From contig JANXZK010000022.1 of NCBI GenBank assembly GCA_025355565.1, forward strand, positions 3,490 to 67,489: a stretch of DNA of 64,000 nucleotides, written 5' to 3'. Within the stretch, counting starts at the first letter, position 1; the number at the start of each line of letters is the position of its first letter. The stretch is from a bacterium (GTDB lineage Bacteria; Patescibacteriota; Minisyncoccia; Phycocordibacterales; PALSA-1337). Shown in pieces: positions 9,208 through 19,212 of this stretch. Under the pieces are notes generated by a model, which ran no database searches, was not told the DNA's origin, and worked only from the letters and a program-made list of their open reading frames with translations. Made by a program: the position numbers and the translations under genes.

Positions 9208-10401
9208 TCATCTGACCACTGTCCTTTTTAATGTACTGGGAATATGCACAGCCAACTCATAGGGGAGTAGCCCGCACTTTTTGGCGAGAGAGGCGATAGA
9301 ATTCGGGTCATCGATCTCGTTACTAAATACTGTGACTTTGTCGCCAGCTCTGACTCCCGCGACGTGCGAGACGTCTATAGTGGTCATATTCATGCTGACG
9401 TTGCCGATGATCGGACACTCGATATCATCATTGCCAACTTGCACGGCACCTAGATCTCCAAGCCGACGATCGATGCCTTCATAATATCCGACGGGAATAG
9501 TGGCGATCGTCATCTCTCTATCTGCGGCAAAAGCTCTGCTATAACCGACACTGTCATCTCGTCCGATCTTTTTCGTGCTAGCAATGATCGTGGTCAGTTC
9601 GAGTACAGGTTTCAGTTCCATTTTTTCTGGAAATCTCTCTCCGCCGACTAGTCCATACATGCCGAGACCCAATCTCAAAACATTTGCATCGATGTCCTGA
9701 GTGAAGCGGCTGCCAAAAGTCGCGGCGAGGTGCGTATATTCGAGCGATGGGAATTCATGTTTCAATCGCATGATGATCCTGTTCCAGATATTTACTTGCC
9801 CCTCTGTGAATGAGGTGTCATCATTGTCGGCGTCCGAGAGATGCGAGCAGATGCCTCGGAGTACGATATCGACATTGTTGGCCATCAATTCGATCGCTCT
9901 CTGTATTTCTCCGGGAAGGATGCCTTGGCGATGCATGCCCGTGTCGATCTTCAGGTGGATCATGATCGGATGCTCGGTTTCTCCTATTTTCTGTAATGCG
10001 TCGAGACTGGAGATCGTGAATGAGACATTATCGAGTTTGGAGGAGATGATAGTTTCCGGGCGGCTGTAGCCGATCAAGAGCAATGGGGTTTTTATGCCAG
10101 CTGATCGGAGAGCGACGGCTTCAAAATATGAATCAATGACGAAAAAGGGGATAGTCCCCCGACTATCATCGCTGTTGTCGGCTCTATTCGATGTTCGTCT
10201 ATACCTCTCCAGGATGGAAGCGATCTCGAGGAGTCCGTGGCCATAGGCGTTACTCTTCAATACTGGCGCTATGCCCCCTTTCGGAGAGAGCTTTTTGAAC
10301 TCATTTAGGTTATCGATGAGTGCCTGCCTGCTGATCTCGATTTTAACTAACGGTTCGTAAGGGAATCGACGTCTGGAAAGCCATGTGAGCGGATTTAGCA
10401 T
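9208..10401 (-). CDS. alr: alanine racemase
   Basis: PLP-lysine motif VLKSNAYGHG plus the N-terminal barrel and C-terminal beta domain typical of Alr. Confidence 0.85.
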   Translation of the reverse strand: MLNPLTWLSRRRFPYEPLVKIEISRQALIDNLNEFKKLSPKGGIAPVLKSNAYGHGLLEIASILERYRRTSNRADNSDDSRGTIPFFVIDSYFEAVALRSAGIKTPLLLIGYSRPETIISSKLDNVSFTISSLDALQKIGETEHPIMIHLKIDTGMHRQGILPGEIQRAIELMANNVDIVLRGICSHLSDADNDDTSFTEGQVNIWNRIIMRLKHEFPSLEYTHLAATFGSRFTQDIDANVLRLGLGMYGLVGGERFPEKMELKPVLELTTIIASTKKIGRDDSVGYSRAFAADREMTIATIPVGYYEGIDRRLGDLGAVQVGNDDIECPIIGNVSMNMTTIDVSHVAGVRAGDKVTVFSNEIDDPNSIASLAKKCGLLPYELAVHIPSTLKRTVVR

Positions 10402-10438
10402 ACTCTCAGTATACTTTTATGGCCTTGTCAAAGATAGC

Positions 10439-10466
10439 TTGACAAAATGCCGCAATGTGCTATACT
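10439..10466 (+). promoter_or_regulatory. sigma70-like promoter (TTGACA, 16-nt spacer, TATACT)
   Basis: TTGACA at 10439-10444 and TATACT at 10461-10466. An AAGGAG RBS lies 7 nt before the ATG at 10539. Confidence 0.5.
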
Positions 10467-10538
10467 GTTGCCCAGTGGCTCAAGTAGGCCATTTTTAAGT
10501 TCTACACAATCACATACCAATTATGAAGGAGTTTTGAG

Positions 10539-10766
10539 ATGAAAAGAATTCTTGTCGGAATCGGCCTTGTAGCCTTCGGTTTCGCTGTGGCGGTTTTGGT
10601 GATCGGCTGGAAAAATGCCAGCACACAGACTGCGGCAGTGGAAGTAGAAAATGTCGCCAGCACTGCGGATGCGGCGGTTCAAATGACCGTTACAAACGAA
10701 GTCGTTGGTAGCAATGTGCTGCGCATCCATGTAGCGAAGATCAGTTTCGCCGGTGCGCGTCACTGA
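10539..10766 (+). CDS. small secreted/membrane protein, hypothetical
   Basis: 75 aa with an N-terminal signal or transmembrane segment (ILVGIGLVAFGFAVAVLVIGW) and a strong RBS. First gene of the high-GC cassette. Confidence 0.4.
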   Translation: MKRILVGIGLVAFGFAVAVLVIGWKNASTQTAAVEVENVASTADAAVQMTVTNEVVGSNVLRIHVAKISFAGARH

Positions 10767-10826
10767 TAGTGTCGGAAAAACAAGCAACAAAACGGTAAAA
10801 CAAAAAAAGAAAGGAAAAGATAAATA

Positions 10827-11948
10827 ATGAAGAATTCGTTTAAATCGGTTCTGTCGGTATTGTTAGTCACGGTTGCGATCCTGGTCGGTCTCTGCGCGTT
10901 TGCTCAGGTGCCGCCCAATCCGGTCCCGCCGCCGACTCCGGTCGCCGATCTCAGCATGATCACCAATCACGCTGAATTGGTTTCCAGTCAGTTCAAGAAG
11001 GTCCAGGGGATAAGGGTTAACATCCAGGTTGACGGCAGCGCCGACTCCTGGTTGCCGAATGCCTTTTTCTCCTACACGAATACGGTCAAGACACTCGAGG
11101 ACATCATGGGCATCGTCACGAACAACTGGTGGGACGTGCGGGTGGTGGACACGAGGGCGACGATAACAATTGCCGTGAAGTTCTACGACACGGCAAGTTA
11201 CGACGCCATTCAAGGTTACCTTGGTGTTAACGCCGTGGCACCCAAAGCGTTGTTCGAAGGCTATGCCGGCGGACAACCCGAACTTGGGAAGGGTGGAGGC
11301 TATGTTCTCCCCGACTGGGCCGAGCAGGTCAGTATGCGTTTGGTCGGGAATGTGTTTGTCACTATGACCAACGTTACTTCCGCTCATCTGGTCTACACCA
11401 ACAATGCTGGTCAGTTCCAAAGCATGGATCTGCCGGTAACTTGGGGTCAAGGATTCGAGTATCCCCCAGATTTCGCCGGTCAGGGGATATTAGTTCTCAC
11501 CTGGATGGTTCCGGATAAAGCTGGGAACTTCTGGTGGTTCCAAAAGGCGTACGACGTCAGCAGCAACACGGAGGTGCCGATTACGGATGTTCTCGTTCGG
11601 GCATTGATTACTGATTCGGAAGATTTCCGGACGTCGGTAGATCAGTGGACGCTGAAGTATAACCTATACTCCTACCAGGGCTTTGGGAAGGTGCCGTTAT
11701 TGACGCCGACCTACAATAAGAGCGTCAACAACATCTACATCGAAGTGACCACGAGCGAAGGCGACTTCGCAAAGGGATACACAATTGAACACTTATCAAC
11801 CGGCAAGAAGACCACAGTCAGCGTGCCTGACGGCCAGATCGGTGTTGATGTGAAATTGCCAGGCGGCAGTTTCCATATCGTGCCCATCGGCCTCGATCTC
11901 CTGCCTTGGGAGATGTACAGTTGGTACGGTGGTGGAGGCAAAGGCTAA
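10827..11948 (+). CDS. secreted hypothetical protein (signal peptide, proline-rich linker, glycine-rich C-terminus)
   Basis: Signal peptide MKNSFKSVLSVLLVTVAILVGLCAFA, then PPNPVPPPTPV, ending in YGGGGKG. GC content is about 58% against about 42% for the flanks. Confidence 0.55.
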   Translation: MKNSFKSVLSVLLVTVAILVGLCAFAQVPPNPVPPPTPVADLSMITNHAELVSSQFKKVQGIRVNIQVDGSADSWLPNAFFSYTNTVKTLEDIMGIVTNNWWDVRVVDTRATITIAVKFYDTASYDAIQGYLGVNAVAPKALFEGYAGGQPELGKGGGYVLPDWAEQVSMRLVGNVFVTMTNVTSAHLVYTNNAGQFQSMDLPVTWGQGFEYPPDFAGQGILVLTWMVPDKAGNFWWFQKAYDVSSNTEVPITDVLVRALITDSEDFRTSVDQWTLKYNLYSYQGFGKVPLLTPTYNKSVNNIYIEVTTSEGDFAKGYTIEHLSTGKKTTVSVPDGQIGVDVKLPGGSFHIVPIGLDLLPWEMYSWYGGGGKG

Positions 11949-11994
11949 GAGGTTTCGCACCTTAAAGCTCGAGTTCTTTATCTAGTTTCATGGC

Positions 11995-12030
11995 ACGCCG
12001 CATTTCTTCGGAGATGCGGCGTTTCCTTTT
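11995..12030 (+). terminator. rho-independent terminator
   Basis: Perfect 9-bp stem ACGCCGCAT / ATGCGGCGT with a 10-nt loop, followed by TTCCTTTT. Confidence 0.6.
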
Positions 12031-12431
12031 ATGTGAATTCTATTGTCGTTAAAATTGCATCTGAATATTACAAAAATGTTTTCGATGGTTACTGTCTGTT
12101 ACATAGAGTTATTAATCCGCGAGGTATTTTCTGGCTGGATCTGTTCACTGAAATTTTATCCTTTATTTATCAAAATTTGATTCTTTTTTCATTAGGATTT
12201 TATCATCGTTTTGTTATGGTTACTCGATGGATGAAAAAACCCTGGCAGAATTCATTAAAAAAGCAAAAAAAGACGATTACAAAATAGGCTCTGTTACATG
12301 TCCTGCGTTTGGTGGAAAACAAGTTCACTTTGATTGTCGAGGATTCGATCATTCGATCATTACTGACAATCACACAATTCCTTTCCTATGGTTATGCCTT
12401 TGTTGAGCCGCCATAATAAGAAAGGAGTTTA

Positions 12432-12650
12432 GTGAAGATCAGTAAGAATCACAAACCGAGACCATTCAATGATTTGGCCAGACGTATCAGACTTTTGCCT
12501 TTAGCTGTAAGGGTACTCAAGGTTGCAAATGAATTTCACACCGACAAGAGGTATCACATAGTTAAAGGAGATATTGAAGGACAGGCCATTCGAATCGTGA
12601 TCGTACAAATAAATGATGAGTTATATTTTATCAGTGTTATGAATGAATGA
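12432..12650 (+). CDS. hypothetical small protein (possible ParE/RelE-like fold, very tentative)
   Basis: AAAGGAG RBS 4 nt before a GTG start. A 72-aa ORF followed by a stem-loop at 12689-12713. No convincing family match. Confidence 0.2.
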   Translation: MKISKNHKPRPFNDLARRIRLLPLAVRVLKVANEFHTDKRYHIVKGDIEGQAIRIVIVQINDELYFISVMNE

Positions 12651-12688
12651 TCTGGTCACAGAAAATTGGATCATATACATTAAACGAC

Positions 12689-12713
12689 AAAAGACCTCTA
12701 TTAAAGGTCTTTT
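12689..12713 (+). terminator. stem-loop terminator
   Basis: AAAAGACCT / AGGTCTTTT is a 9-bp stem with a 7-nt loop, with A- and T-runs either side. Confidence 0.4.
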
Positions 12714-13080
12714 GTAGAATCTCTGCATTTTGCAAAGCAAGATTGGTTCTGGAGGGACCCCTATTCGTTTCCCTCAACACCGGTTGCATCCATATGATCA
12801 CGGTCGTAGACCAGGGGGACTTACTACATCAAAATCAATCCTTATGAGCTAAGTTTAGCAGAAATATAGCTGGAGTCAATGGTCCCGCATTCACCGGTCT
12901 CGCAACCACCCAAAATTTGCTTAATAAGCATCATTATGCTAAACTACTCTCACGCGCTCATAAAGCGTTTTTAATAATCTAATAATAATTTATCTCCGAA
13001 GATTTGAATACTGTCGCTTGAGTCCCCGGCTCACGCACTCGAACGATACCATTCAAGTATTGGAGCACTAAAACAATATT

Positions 13081-14271
13081 ATGGCTACAGCAGAATTCAA
13101 TCGTACGAAACCTCACGTAAACGTGGGAACTATTGGTCACATCGATCACGGGAAGTCAACTTTGACTGCCGCTATTTTGGCCGTCCAATCAAAGAAGGGT
13201 CTAGCAAATGTCAAAGCTTACGCGGATATCACAAAGGGAGGAACAGTCCGTGATGCAACAAAGACAGTCACTATCTCTCTGTCACACGTAGAGTATGAGT
13301 CACCGACTCGTCACTATGCGCACATCGACTGTCCTGGACACGCTGACTTCATCAAGAACATGATCACAGGTGCCGCTCAGATGGACGGTGCTATCCTCGT
13401 CGTATCAGCAACAGATGGCGTGATGCCACAGACACGTGAGCACGTCCTCCTAGCTTACCAAGTCGGTGTTCCAAAGATCGTCGTCTTTCTAAACAAGTGT
13501 GACCTAGTGCCAGAAACAGACCTTATCGATCTTGTCGAGGAAGAAGTACGCGAACTTCTCACAAAGAATAAGTTCGATGGCAAGAATGTTCCGATCATTC
13601 GCGGCTCAGCATCAAATGCATTGAACGGTGATGCAGAATGGTCAAAGAAGATCGACGAGCTCATGAATGCTCTCGACACCTATATCCCGACACCAGTTCG
13701 TGAAGTCGACAAGCCATTCCTCATGCCTATCGAAGACATTTTCTCGATCGAAGGCCGCGGAACAGTGGTTACAGGTCGTATCGAGCGCGGAGTTATCAAG
13801 GTTGGTGAGGAAGTCGAGATCATCGGTTTCAAGGATACAGTAAAGACAGTCATTACCGGTATCGAGATGTTCAACAAGTCATTGAAGGAAGGTATGGCCG
13901 GTGATAACGCAGGACTCCTTCTACGCGGTACAGGCAAGGATGATGTATCTCGTGGTCAAGTTTTGGCCAAGATCGGTTCAGTCAAGCCTCATACAGAATT
14001 CGAAGCAGAAGTCTACATTTTGAAGAAGGAAGAGGGAGGCCGTCATACACCATTTTTCACAGGCTACAAGCCTCAGTTCTACATCCGCACAACGGACGTA
14101 ACAGGCGAAGTAACATTGCCAGAGAAAGTTGAGATGGTCATGCCTGGAGATACGATCACATTCAAGGTCAAGCTCGTTGCTCCAGTCGCTCTCGAGGACA
14201 AGCAGCGTTTCGCAGTCCGTGAAGGAGGTAAGACAGTCGGCGCAGGAGTCGTCACGAAGATCGTCGCGTAA
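13081..14271 (+). CDS. tuf: elongation factor Tu
   Basis: [24 protein letters not shown]-loop, [12 protein letters not shown]. The full-length 396 aa aligns to EF-Tu. Confidence 0.95.
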   Translation: MATAEFNRTKPHVNVGTIGHIDHGKSTLTAAILAVQSKKGLANVKAYADITKGGTVRDATKTVTISLSHVEYESPTRHYAHIDCPGHADFIKNMITGAAQMDGAILVVSATDGVMPQTREHVLLAYQVGVPKIVVFLNKCDLVPETDLIDLVEEEVRELLTKNKFDGKNVPIIRGSASNALNGDAEWSKKIDELMNALDTYIPTPVREVDKPFLMPIEDIFSIEGRGTVVTGRIERGVIKVGEEVEIIGFKDTVKTVITGIEMFNKSLKEGMAGDNAGLLLRGTGKDDVSRGQVLAKIGSVKPHTEFEAEVYILKKEEGGRHTPFFTGYKPQFYIRTTDVTGEVTLPEKVEMVMPGDTITFKVKLVAPVALEDKQRFAVREGGKTVGAGVVTKIVA

Positions 14272-14276
14272 CAACA

Positions 14277-14651
14277 ATGCCCACTACAAAAGACACAATT
14301 AAAAAAAGAGCCCCTCGTGTAAAGAAAGCAAAGGCGGCCGGAGATATATCACGCCTCCGTATACGCGTAAGGGCTTATGAACACAAGATACTGGACGCAT
14401 CATTGAAACAGATCATGGACACCGCCGCGAGATATGATGCGGAGATACATGGTCCGGTACCACTACCAACGGAGATCAAGAAGTACACAGTCAACCGCTC
14501 CTCATTCATCGATAAGAATTCGAGAGAGCAGTTCGAGATGAGAGTACACAAGAGGTTGATCGACATCGTGAATCCGAATCCGAAGGTGATCGAGGCATTG
14601 ACCAACATGAGTTTGCCGTCAGGAGTGAACATAGATGTAAAGATGATGTAA
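14277..14651 (+). CDS. rpsJ: 30S ribosomal protein S10 (about 25-aa basic N-terminal extension if the ATG at 14277 is used)
   Basis: RIRVRAYEHKILDASLKQIMDTA...GPVPLPT...RLIDIV matches S10. The ORF opens 5 nt after the tuf stop. Confidence 0.9.
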   Translation: MPTTKDTIKKRAPRVKKAKAAGDISRLRIRVRAYEHKILDASLKQIMDTAARYDAEIHGPVPLPTEIKKYTVNRSSFIDKNSREQFEMRVHKRLIDIVNPNPKVIEALTNMSLPSGVNIDVKMM

Positions 14652-14711
14652 GTAGCTTGAAAGTGAAAAGACGAGACATGCATATCCCGTCTCTTTACAA
14701 TACAAAAACAC

Positions 14712-15320
14712 ATGAAATTCATACTAGGAAGAAAACTCAATATGACGCAGATCTACGATGCTTCTGGCAAGGCTATTCCTGCTACAGCGATACATATCCG
14801 CGGCAATGTCGTCGTCCAAGTACGCACCAAAGATACTGATGGTTACGAAGCTGTCCAGGTCGGCGAAGGTACGAGGAATCCGAACAGGATCGCTAAGCCT
14901 CAGAAGGGTCAGTGGAAGGACATGGGCTCGTTTGCATCTGTCTGCGAATTCCGCATGGACGCTCCGTCCCTCAAAGTTGGCGACAAGATAGAGCTCGCGC
15001 AATTCAAACTAGGCGATAATGTTGCAGTCAGTGCTACTTCCAAAGGTAAAGGCTTCCAGGGTGTGGTGAAACGTCACGGCTTCCATGGAGGTCCTAGGTC
15101 GCACGGTCAGAAGCACTCGGAGCGTGAGCCTGGTTCGATCGGAGGAGGCTTGCGTACGCACGTACCAGTCGGTATGCGCATGGCAGGAAGGATGGGTAAC
15201 GATAGGATCACCGTGAAGAATCTGACCGTCGCGCACATTGACGCCGAGGATTCAGTCATGTATGTTTCTGGAGCAGTTCCAGGTCGAAGGGGGAGCTTGG
15301 TGGAGATAGTAGGAATGTAA
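14712..15320 (+). CDS. rplC: 50S ribosomal protein L3
   Basis: ILGRKLNMTQIYDASGKAIPATAI...QVRT...GKGFQGVVKRHGF matches L3. Confidence 0.9.
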   Translation: MKFILGRKLNMTQIYDASGKAIPATAIHIRGNVVVQVRTKDTDGYEAVQVGEGTRNPNRIAKPQKGQWKDMGSFASVCEFRMDAPSLKVGDKIELAQFKLGDNVAVSATSKGKGFQGVVKRHGFHGGPRSHGQKHSEREPGSIGGGLRTHVPVGMRMAGRMGNDRITVKNLTVAHIDAEDSVMYVSGAVPGRRGSLVEIVGM

Positions 15321-15404
15321 AATTGAAATCTCAGGATAGAAAATCACACGAATAATATCGAAAAAACATTTTCAATTTTAACTTTTAAACCTTCATTTAA
15401 TTTC

Positions 15405-16109
15405 ATGGAAGCAATAATATACAATCAGATCGGTAAACCAGTAGGAAAGACAAAGCTTCCTGAAAGTATTTTTGGTGTGCCATGGAACGCGGACCTAGTT
15501 CACGAAGTCGTCCGCCTGATGAATAGCAACTCACGCAACAATATCGCCCATACAAAGACTCGCGGAGAGGTGAGTGGTGGCGGAAAGAAACCGTGGAAGC
15601 AAAAAGGCACAGGACGCGCACGTCACGGATCCTCGCGTTCTCCTATCTGGGTAGGTGGAGGCGTTGCGCATGGTCCTAGAAACGACAAGAACTTTGATCG
15701 CAAGATCAACAAGAAAGCGCGTGCCAAGGCTCTCTATGCTATCTTGTCAAAGAAATTCAAAGAAGGCGAGATCTTGTTCGTCGATTCATTTGACTTGAAG
15801 ACGCCAAAGACCAAGGAGGCAAAGAGCATCTTGGGAGCGCTCTCTACCGTGAAAGGCTTTGAAAAGCTCTCGACGAAGAAACAGAACACCGCTATCGTCG
15901 CCATGGATGTGAAGAGTAGTGCCATAGAGAAGAGTTTCCAGAATTTTGGCAACATCTCGGTCGAGGAATTCCGCAACATAAATCCAGTGTCAGTTTTGAA
16001 TCACACATACCTCATCATCATGAATCCCGCAGAATCATTGAAGGCATTGACAGCAAAGACTGCCGGTAAGGCCACAGTGATCGCATCAAAGACAGCATCA
16101 AAATCATAA
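15405..16109 (+). CDS. rplD: 50S ribosomal protein L4
   Basis: GGGKKPWKQKGTGRARHGSSRSPIWVGGGVAHGP matches L4. Confidence 0.9.
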   Translation: MEAIIYNQIGKPVGKTKLPESIFGVPWNADLVHEVVRLMNSNSRNNIAHTKTRGEVSGGGKKPWKQKGTGRARHGSSRSPIWVGGGVAHGPRNDKNFDRKINKKARAKALYAILSKKFKEGEILFVDSFDLKTPKTKEAKSILGALSTVKGFEKLSTKKQNTAIVAMDVKSSAIEKSFQNFGNISVEEFRNINPVSVLNHTYLIIMNPAESLKALTAKTAGKATVIASKTASKS

Positions 16110-16132
16110 TTTTACATTTTACATTAACTATC

Positions 16133-16510
16133 ATGGCTATCTTCGGATCCAAAAAAAGAAAAGACGACAAGCTACAGCAGTCAGTTGTTGTGACAAAGAG
16201 CGCGGTCGCAAAGGGTGCCAAGAAGTATGTCGTTGTCAATGCTTCAGAGGCCATCATCCGTCCTCGAGTCACTGAGAAGTCGGGTATATTGAGTCAGAGC
16301 GGACGTTATACTTTTGAAGTCTCAAAGAGCGCCAACAAGCAGGCTATCTCAAATGCCGTGAATGCTCTATACAAAGTCAGACCGATCAAGATTACTGTCT
16401 TGAATACACCGACGAAGAACGTCTTTGTGAAAGGTCGTCGTGGGACGGTGTCAGGCATCAGGAAGGCGATCGTCACATTGAAGAAGGGTGATAAGATCGA
16501 TTTTGTATAA
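16133..16510 (+). CDS. rplW: 50S ribosomal protein L23 (with N-terminal extension)
   Basis: IIRPRVTEKS...YTFEV...ANKQAISNAVNALYKVRPIKITVLN...VKGRRG matches L23. Confidence 0.85.
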   Translation: MAIFGSKKRKDDKLQQSVVVTKSAVAKGAKKYVVVNASEAIIRPRVTEKSGILSQSGRYTFEVSKSANKQAISNAVNALYKVRPIKITVLNTPTKNVFVKGRRGTVSGIRKAIVTLKKGDKIDFV

Positions 16511-16555
16511 TTTTCCATTTTTCCATTTTAATTTTTCCATTTTCTATTAACTAAC

Positions 16556-17410
16556 ATGAAAACATTCCGACCAACAACCAAATCTCGCCGACACATGACA
16601 GTTTTGCCATTCAGGGAATATCTGACGGCGAGCGAGCCGTACAAGGCTCTCACTGTCGGATTCAAACGCGATATGGGTCGCAATGCTTTTGGACGTATCA
16701 CTGTCCGCCACAAGGGTGGAGGACACAAGAAGCTCTACCGCATGATCGATTTCATGTATGACAAGAAAGACCAGATCGCCACAGTAAAGACAGTCGAATA
16801 CGATCCATTCCGTACAGGATACATCGGTATCGTGAACTACAAAGACGGAACGAAGCGCTACGTATTGCTCCCAAAGACCATGAAAGTCGGCAATTCGTTC
16901 ATCGTCTCTGAAAATGCGCCTATTGAGACGGGAAATAGGCTCCCTCTTAAAAAGATCCCAGTTGGTACTTATATTTATAATATAGAAGTCAAACCAGGTA
17001 GTGGTGCCAAGCTCGTTCGTTCGGCAGGATCATTCGGTCAGGTTATCGCTAATGATGCAGGTTATACACATATCAAGATGCCTTCTACAGAAGTTAGGAA
17101 AATCCATGAAGACGCATGGGCTTCTATCGGTGCCGTCTCTAACGAAGAGAACCGTCTCGTTACGATCGGTAAAGCTGGACGTTCACGTTGGATGGGTATC
17201 CGTCCTACAGTCCGCGGTTCTGCTCAAAACCCAGTTGATCACCCATATGGTGGAGGAGAACAGAGAACTGGTCGTGGTTTACGCCGTCTGAAAACTGCGT
17301 GGGGCAAGCCGGCAGGTAAAGGTCAGAAGACGCGTCGATCAAAGAAATATTCAAATGTTTTCGTCGTTTCTCGCCGTCAGCCAGGGAAGAATATGACCGC
17401 AGCAAGCTAA
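16556..17410 (+). CDS. rplB: 50S ribosomal protein L2
   Basis: RHKGGGHKKLYR..., GSGAKLVRSAG, DHPYGGGEQRTGRG match L2. Confidence 0.95.
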   Translation: MKTFRPTTKSRRHMTVLPFREYLTASEPYKALTVGFKRDMGRNAFGRITVRHKGGGHKKLYRMIDFMYDKKDQIATVKTVEYDPFRTGYIGIVNYKDGTKRYVLLPKTMKVGNSFIVSENAPIETGNRLPLKKIPVGTYIYNIEVKPGSGAKLVRSAGSFGQVIANDAGYTHIKMPSTEVRKIHEDAWASIGAVSNEENRLVTIGKAGRSRWMGIRPTVRGSAQNPVDHPYGGGEQRTGRGLRRLKTAWGKPAGKGQKTRRSKKYSNVFVVSRRQPGKNMTAAS

Positions 17411-17687
17411 TCGCAAGTCTGTAAAGTCAGGAAAGGGCGGCAAAGAACATGTCGCTCTTTTTACGCAAAATTTATGTTAAGATAATGATCAAAACATGTA
17501 CAAGATATTTATAAAGATGGGGAAAGACACGATCACATTCATGATGAGATTGATTCAGGGTAGATGAGGGTTAATGTAGGAGACTATTCCTGTCAGACTA
17601 TTCCTTGACTTCAGAAGATGGCTCTGTTAACATGGCTTATGAGCTCACGAGGGCTTATTTTCATCATCGAATTATAGGATTCATACA

Positions 17688-18041
17688 ATGTCACGATCAC
17701 TCAAAAAAGGCCCATATGTTGAAGAACGATTGCTCCGAAAGATCGAGGGCAAGAAGCCTGCATCAGCTGGAACTATAAAGACATGGGCACGACGCTCACA
17801 GATCTCTCCAGAGATGGTTGGATTTACTTTTGGCGTCCATAATGGCAAGATCCATGTGGACGTTTTCGTGACAGAGGATATGGTAGGACACCGCCTCGGT
17901 GAATTCTCACCTACGCGCAAGTTCGTACGACACGGAGGCAAGATGCAAAAGGAACTCGAGATGAAGGCCAAGGAGGCCGAGATGAATGCCGCAAAGTCCG
18001 CCAAGGAGGCCGCTACAGCCGCAGTTGTCAAGAAGGCATAA
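17688..18041 (+). CDS. rpsS: 30S ribosomal protein S19 (Lys/Ala-rich C-terminal extension)
   Basis: [11 protein letters not shown]...[23 protein letters not shown]...[13 protein letters not shown] matches S19. Confidence 0.9.
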   Translation: MSRSLKKGPYVEERLLRKIEGKKPASAGTIKTWARRSQISPEMVGFTFGVHNGKIHVDVFVTEDMVGHRLGEFSPTRKFVRHGGKMQKELEMKAKEAEMNAAKSAKEAATAAVVKKA

Positions 18042-18052
18042 TTATATCTACC

Positions 18053-18475
18053 ATGATCACCGCCTCACTGAAAAACTACAGAATATCACCACGCAAGGTT
18101 CGCTTGGTTGCGAATATGATCCGAGGCAAGAGTGTTGTTCAAGCTGAGAATATTTTGACTGGCGCAGTCAAGAAAGCGACCAGTCCGCTCTCGGATCTAC
18201 TCGCCTCTGCTATAGCAAATGCGTCTCACAATCACAAGATCGAAAAAGACATGCTCTTTGTACAGGAGATACGTGTTGATCAAGGTTACGTCTTGAAGCG
18301 TAGTCGACCGATGGCACGTGGTTCAGCGTATCCTATAAAGAAGAGGACGAGCCATGTATCGATCACCCTTGCACCGATAGGGGAGAAAAAGATGAAGAAG
18401 TCCAAAAGTCATGAGACTTTAAAGACCATAAAGTCTGTAAAGTCGAAGGCAGACGAAACGTCTAAAGCTAAATAA
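18053..18475 (+). CDS. rplV: 50S ribosomal protein L22 (C-terminal extension)
   Basis: RISPRKVRLVANMIRGKSVVQAENIL...RSRPMARGSAYPIKKRTSHVSI matches L22. Confidence 0.9.
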   Translation: MITASLKNYRISPRKVRLVANMIRGKSVVQAENILTGAVKKATSPLSDLLASAIANASHNHKIEKDMLFVQEIRVDQGYVLKRSRPMARGSAYPIKKRTSHVSITLAPIGEKKMKKSKSHETLKTIKSVKSKADETSKAK

Positions 18476-18487
18476 CCAATTACTACA

Positions 18488-19165
18488 ATGTCCCACACCG
18501 TACATCCATACTCCCATAGACTAGGCATCATTCGCGATTGGAAGAGTCGCTGGTTTTTGGTGGACAAATCATATCGTACAGCTCTCAAGGGTGATCTCAT
18601 CATCCGTGAATTCCTACAGAAGGAGTTGCGCGCCAACTATGTCGGTGGATTGGACATCGAACGCAGTCAGAAAGTCTTCCGCGTGATCATCAAAACTTCA
18701 CGTCCAGGAATGTTGATAGGCAAGTCCGGAGATGGAGTCGTGAGATTGCGCGAGAAGATATTGAAACTCCTGCGTACGAACGATGTCGTCGTCGCCGGTC
18801 AGGAACTGAAAGTCGACATCGAGGAAGTCAGGAGCCCTGAGTCGAACGCCGCTATCACAGCTATGATGGTAGCAGAGTCTCTGGAGAAGCGTCTGCCATT
18901 CCGCCGTGTGATGAAATCTACGATCGAGAAAGTCATGGCCAACCGAGACGTGAAAGGTATCCGTATCCGTCTGGGAGGCCGTCTCGGTGGTGCGGAGATC
19001 GCTCGTACAGAGGAGCTCAAGAAAGGTCAGATCCCACTACAGACTCTGCGTGCCGATATCGACTTTGCTCGTGAGAAGGCTCATATGACCTATGGAGACA
19101 TCGGCATCAAAGTTTGGATATACAAGGGCGAGATATTCAAAAAAGATCAGGCAATCGCAAAATAG
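18488..19165 (+). CDS. rpsC: 30S ribosomal protein S3
   Basis: VHPYSHRLGIIRDWKSRWF, a KH domain and the C-terminal S3 domain. Confidence 0.9.
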   Translation: MSHTVHPYSHRLGIIRDWKSRWFLVDKSYRTALKGDLIIREFLQKELRANYVGGLDIERSQKVFRVIIKTSRPGMLIGKSGDGVVRLREKILKLLRTNDVVVAGQELKVDIEEVRSPESNAAITAMMVAESLEKRLPFRRVMKSTIEKVMANRDVKGIRIRLGGRLGGAEIARTEELKKGQIPLQTLRADIDFAREKAHMTYGDIGIKVWIYKGEIFKKDQAIAK

Positions 19166-19212
19166 ACATCATATTCCATTTAGACTTTTCAATTTTACAT
19201 CGATTTACTACC

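Noticed and set aside
10863-11450. 195-aa minus-strand ORF inside the high-GC cassette
   Set aside because: Antisense to the 373-aa secreted-protein gene, which has an RBS, a signal peptide, and sits between the promoter and terminator. High-GC DNA commonly produces long antisense ORFs.
12033-12287. 84-aa ORF immediately after the cassette terminator
   Set aside because: Extremely AT-rich, no RBS, hydrophobic low-complexity translation. Likely non-coding.
17681-18031. 116-aa minus-strand ORF
   Set aside because: Antisense to rpsS.
19114-19212. N-terminal extension of rplP suggested by the ORF track (start 19114)
   Set aside because: It would overlap the S3 3' end by 48 nt and add 33 residues with no L16 homology. 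The ATG at 19213 gives the canonical L16 N-terminus MLFPKKVKHRK.
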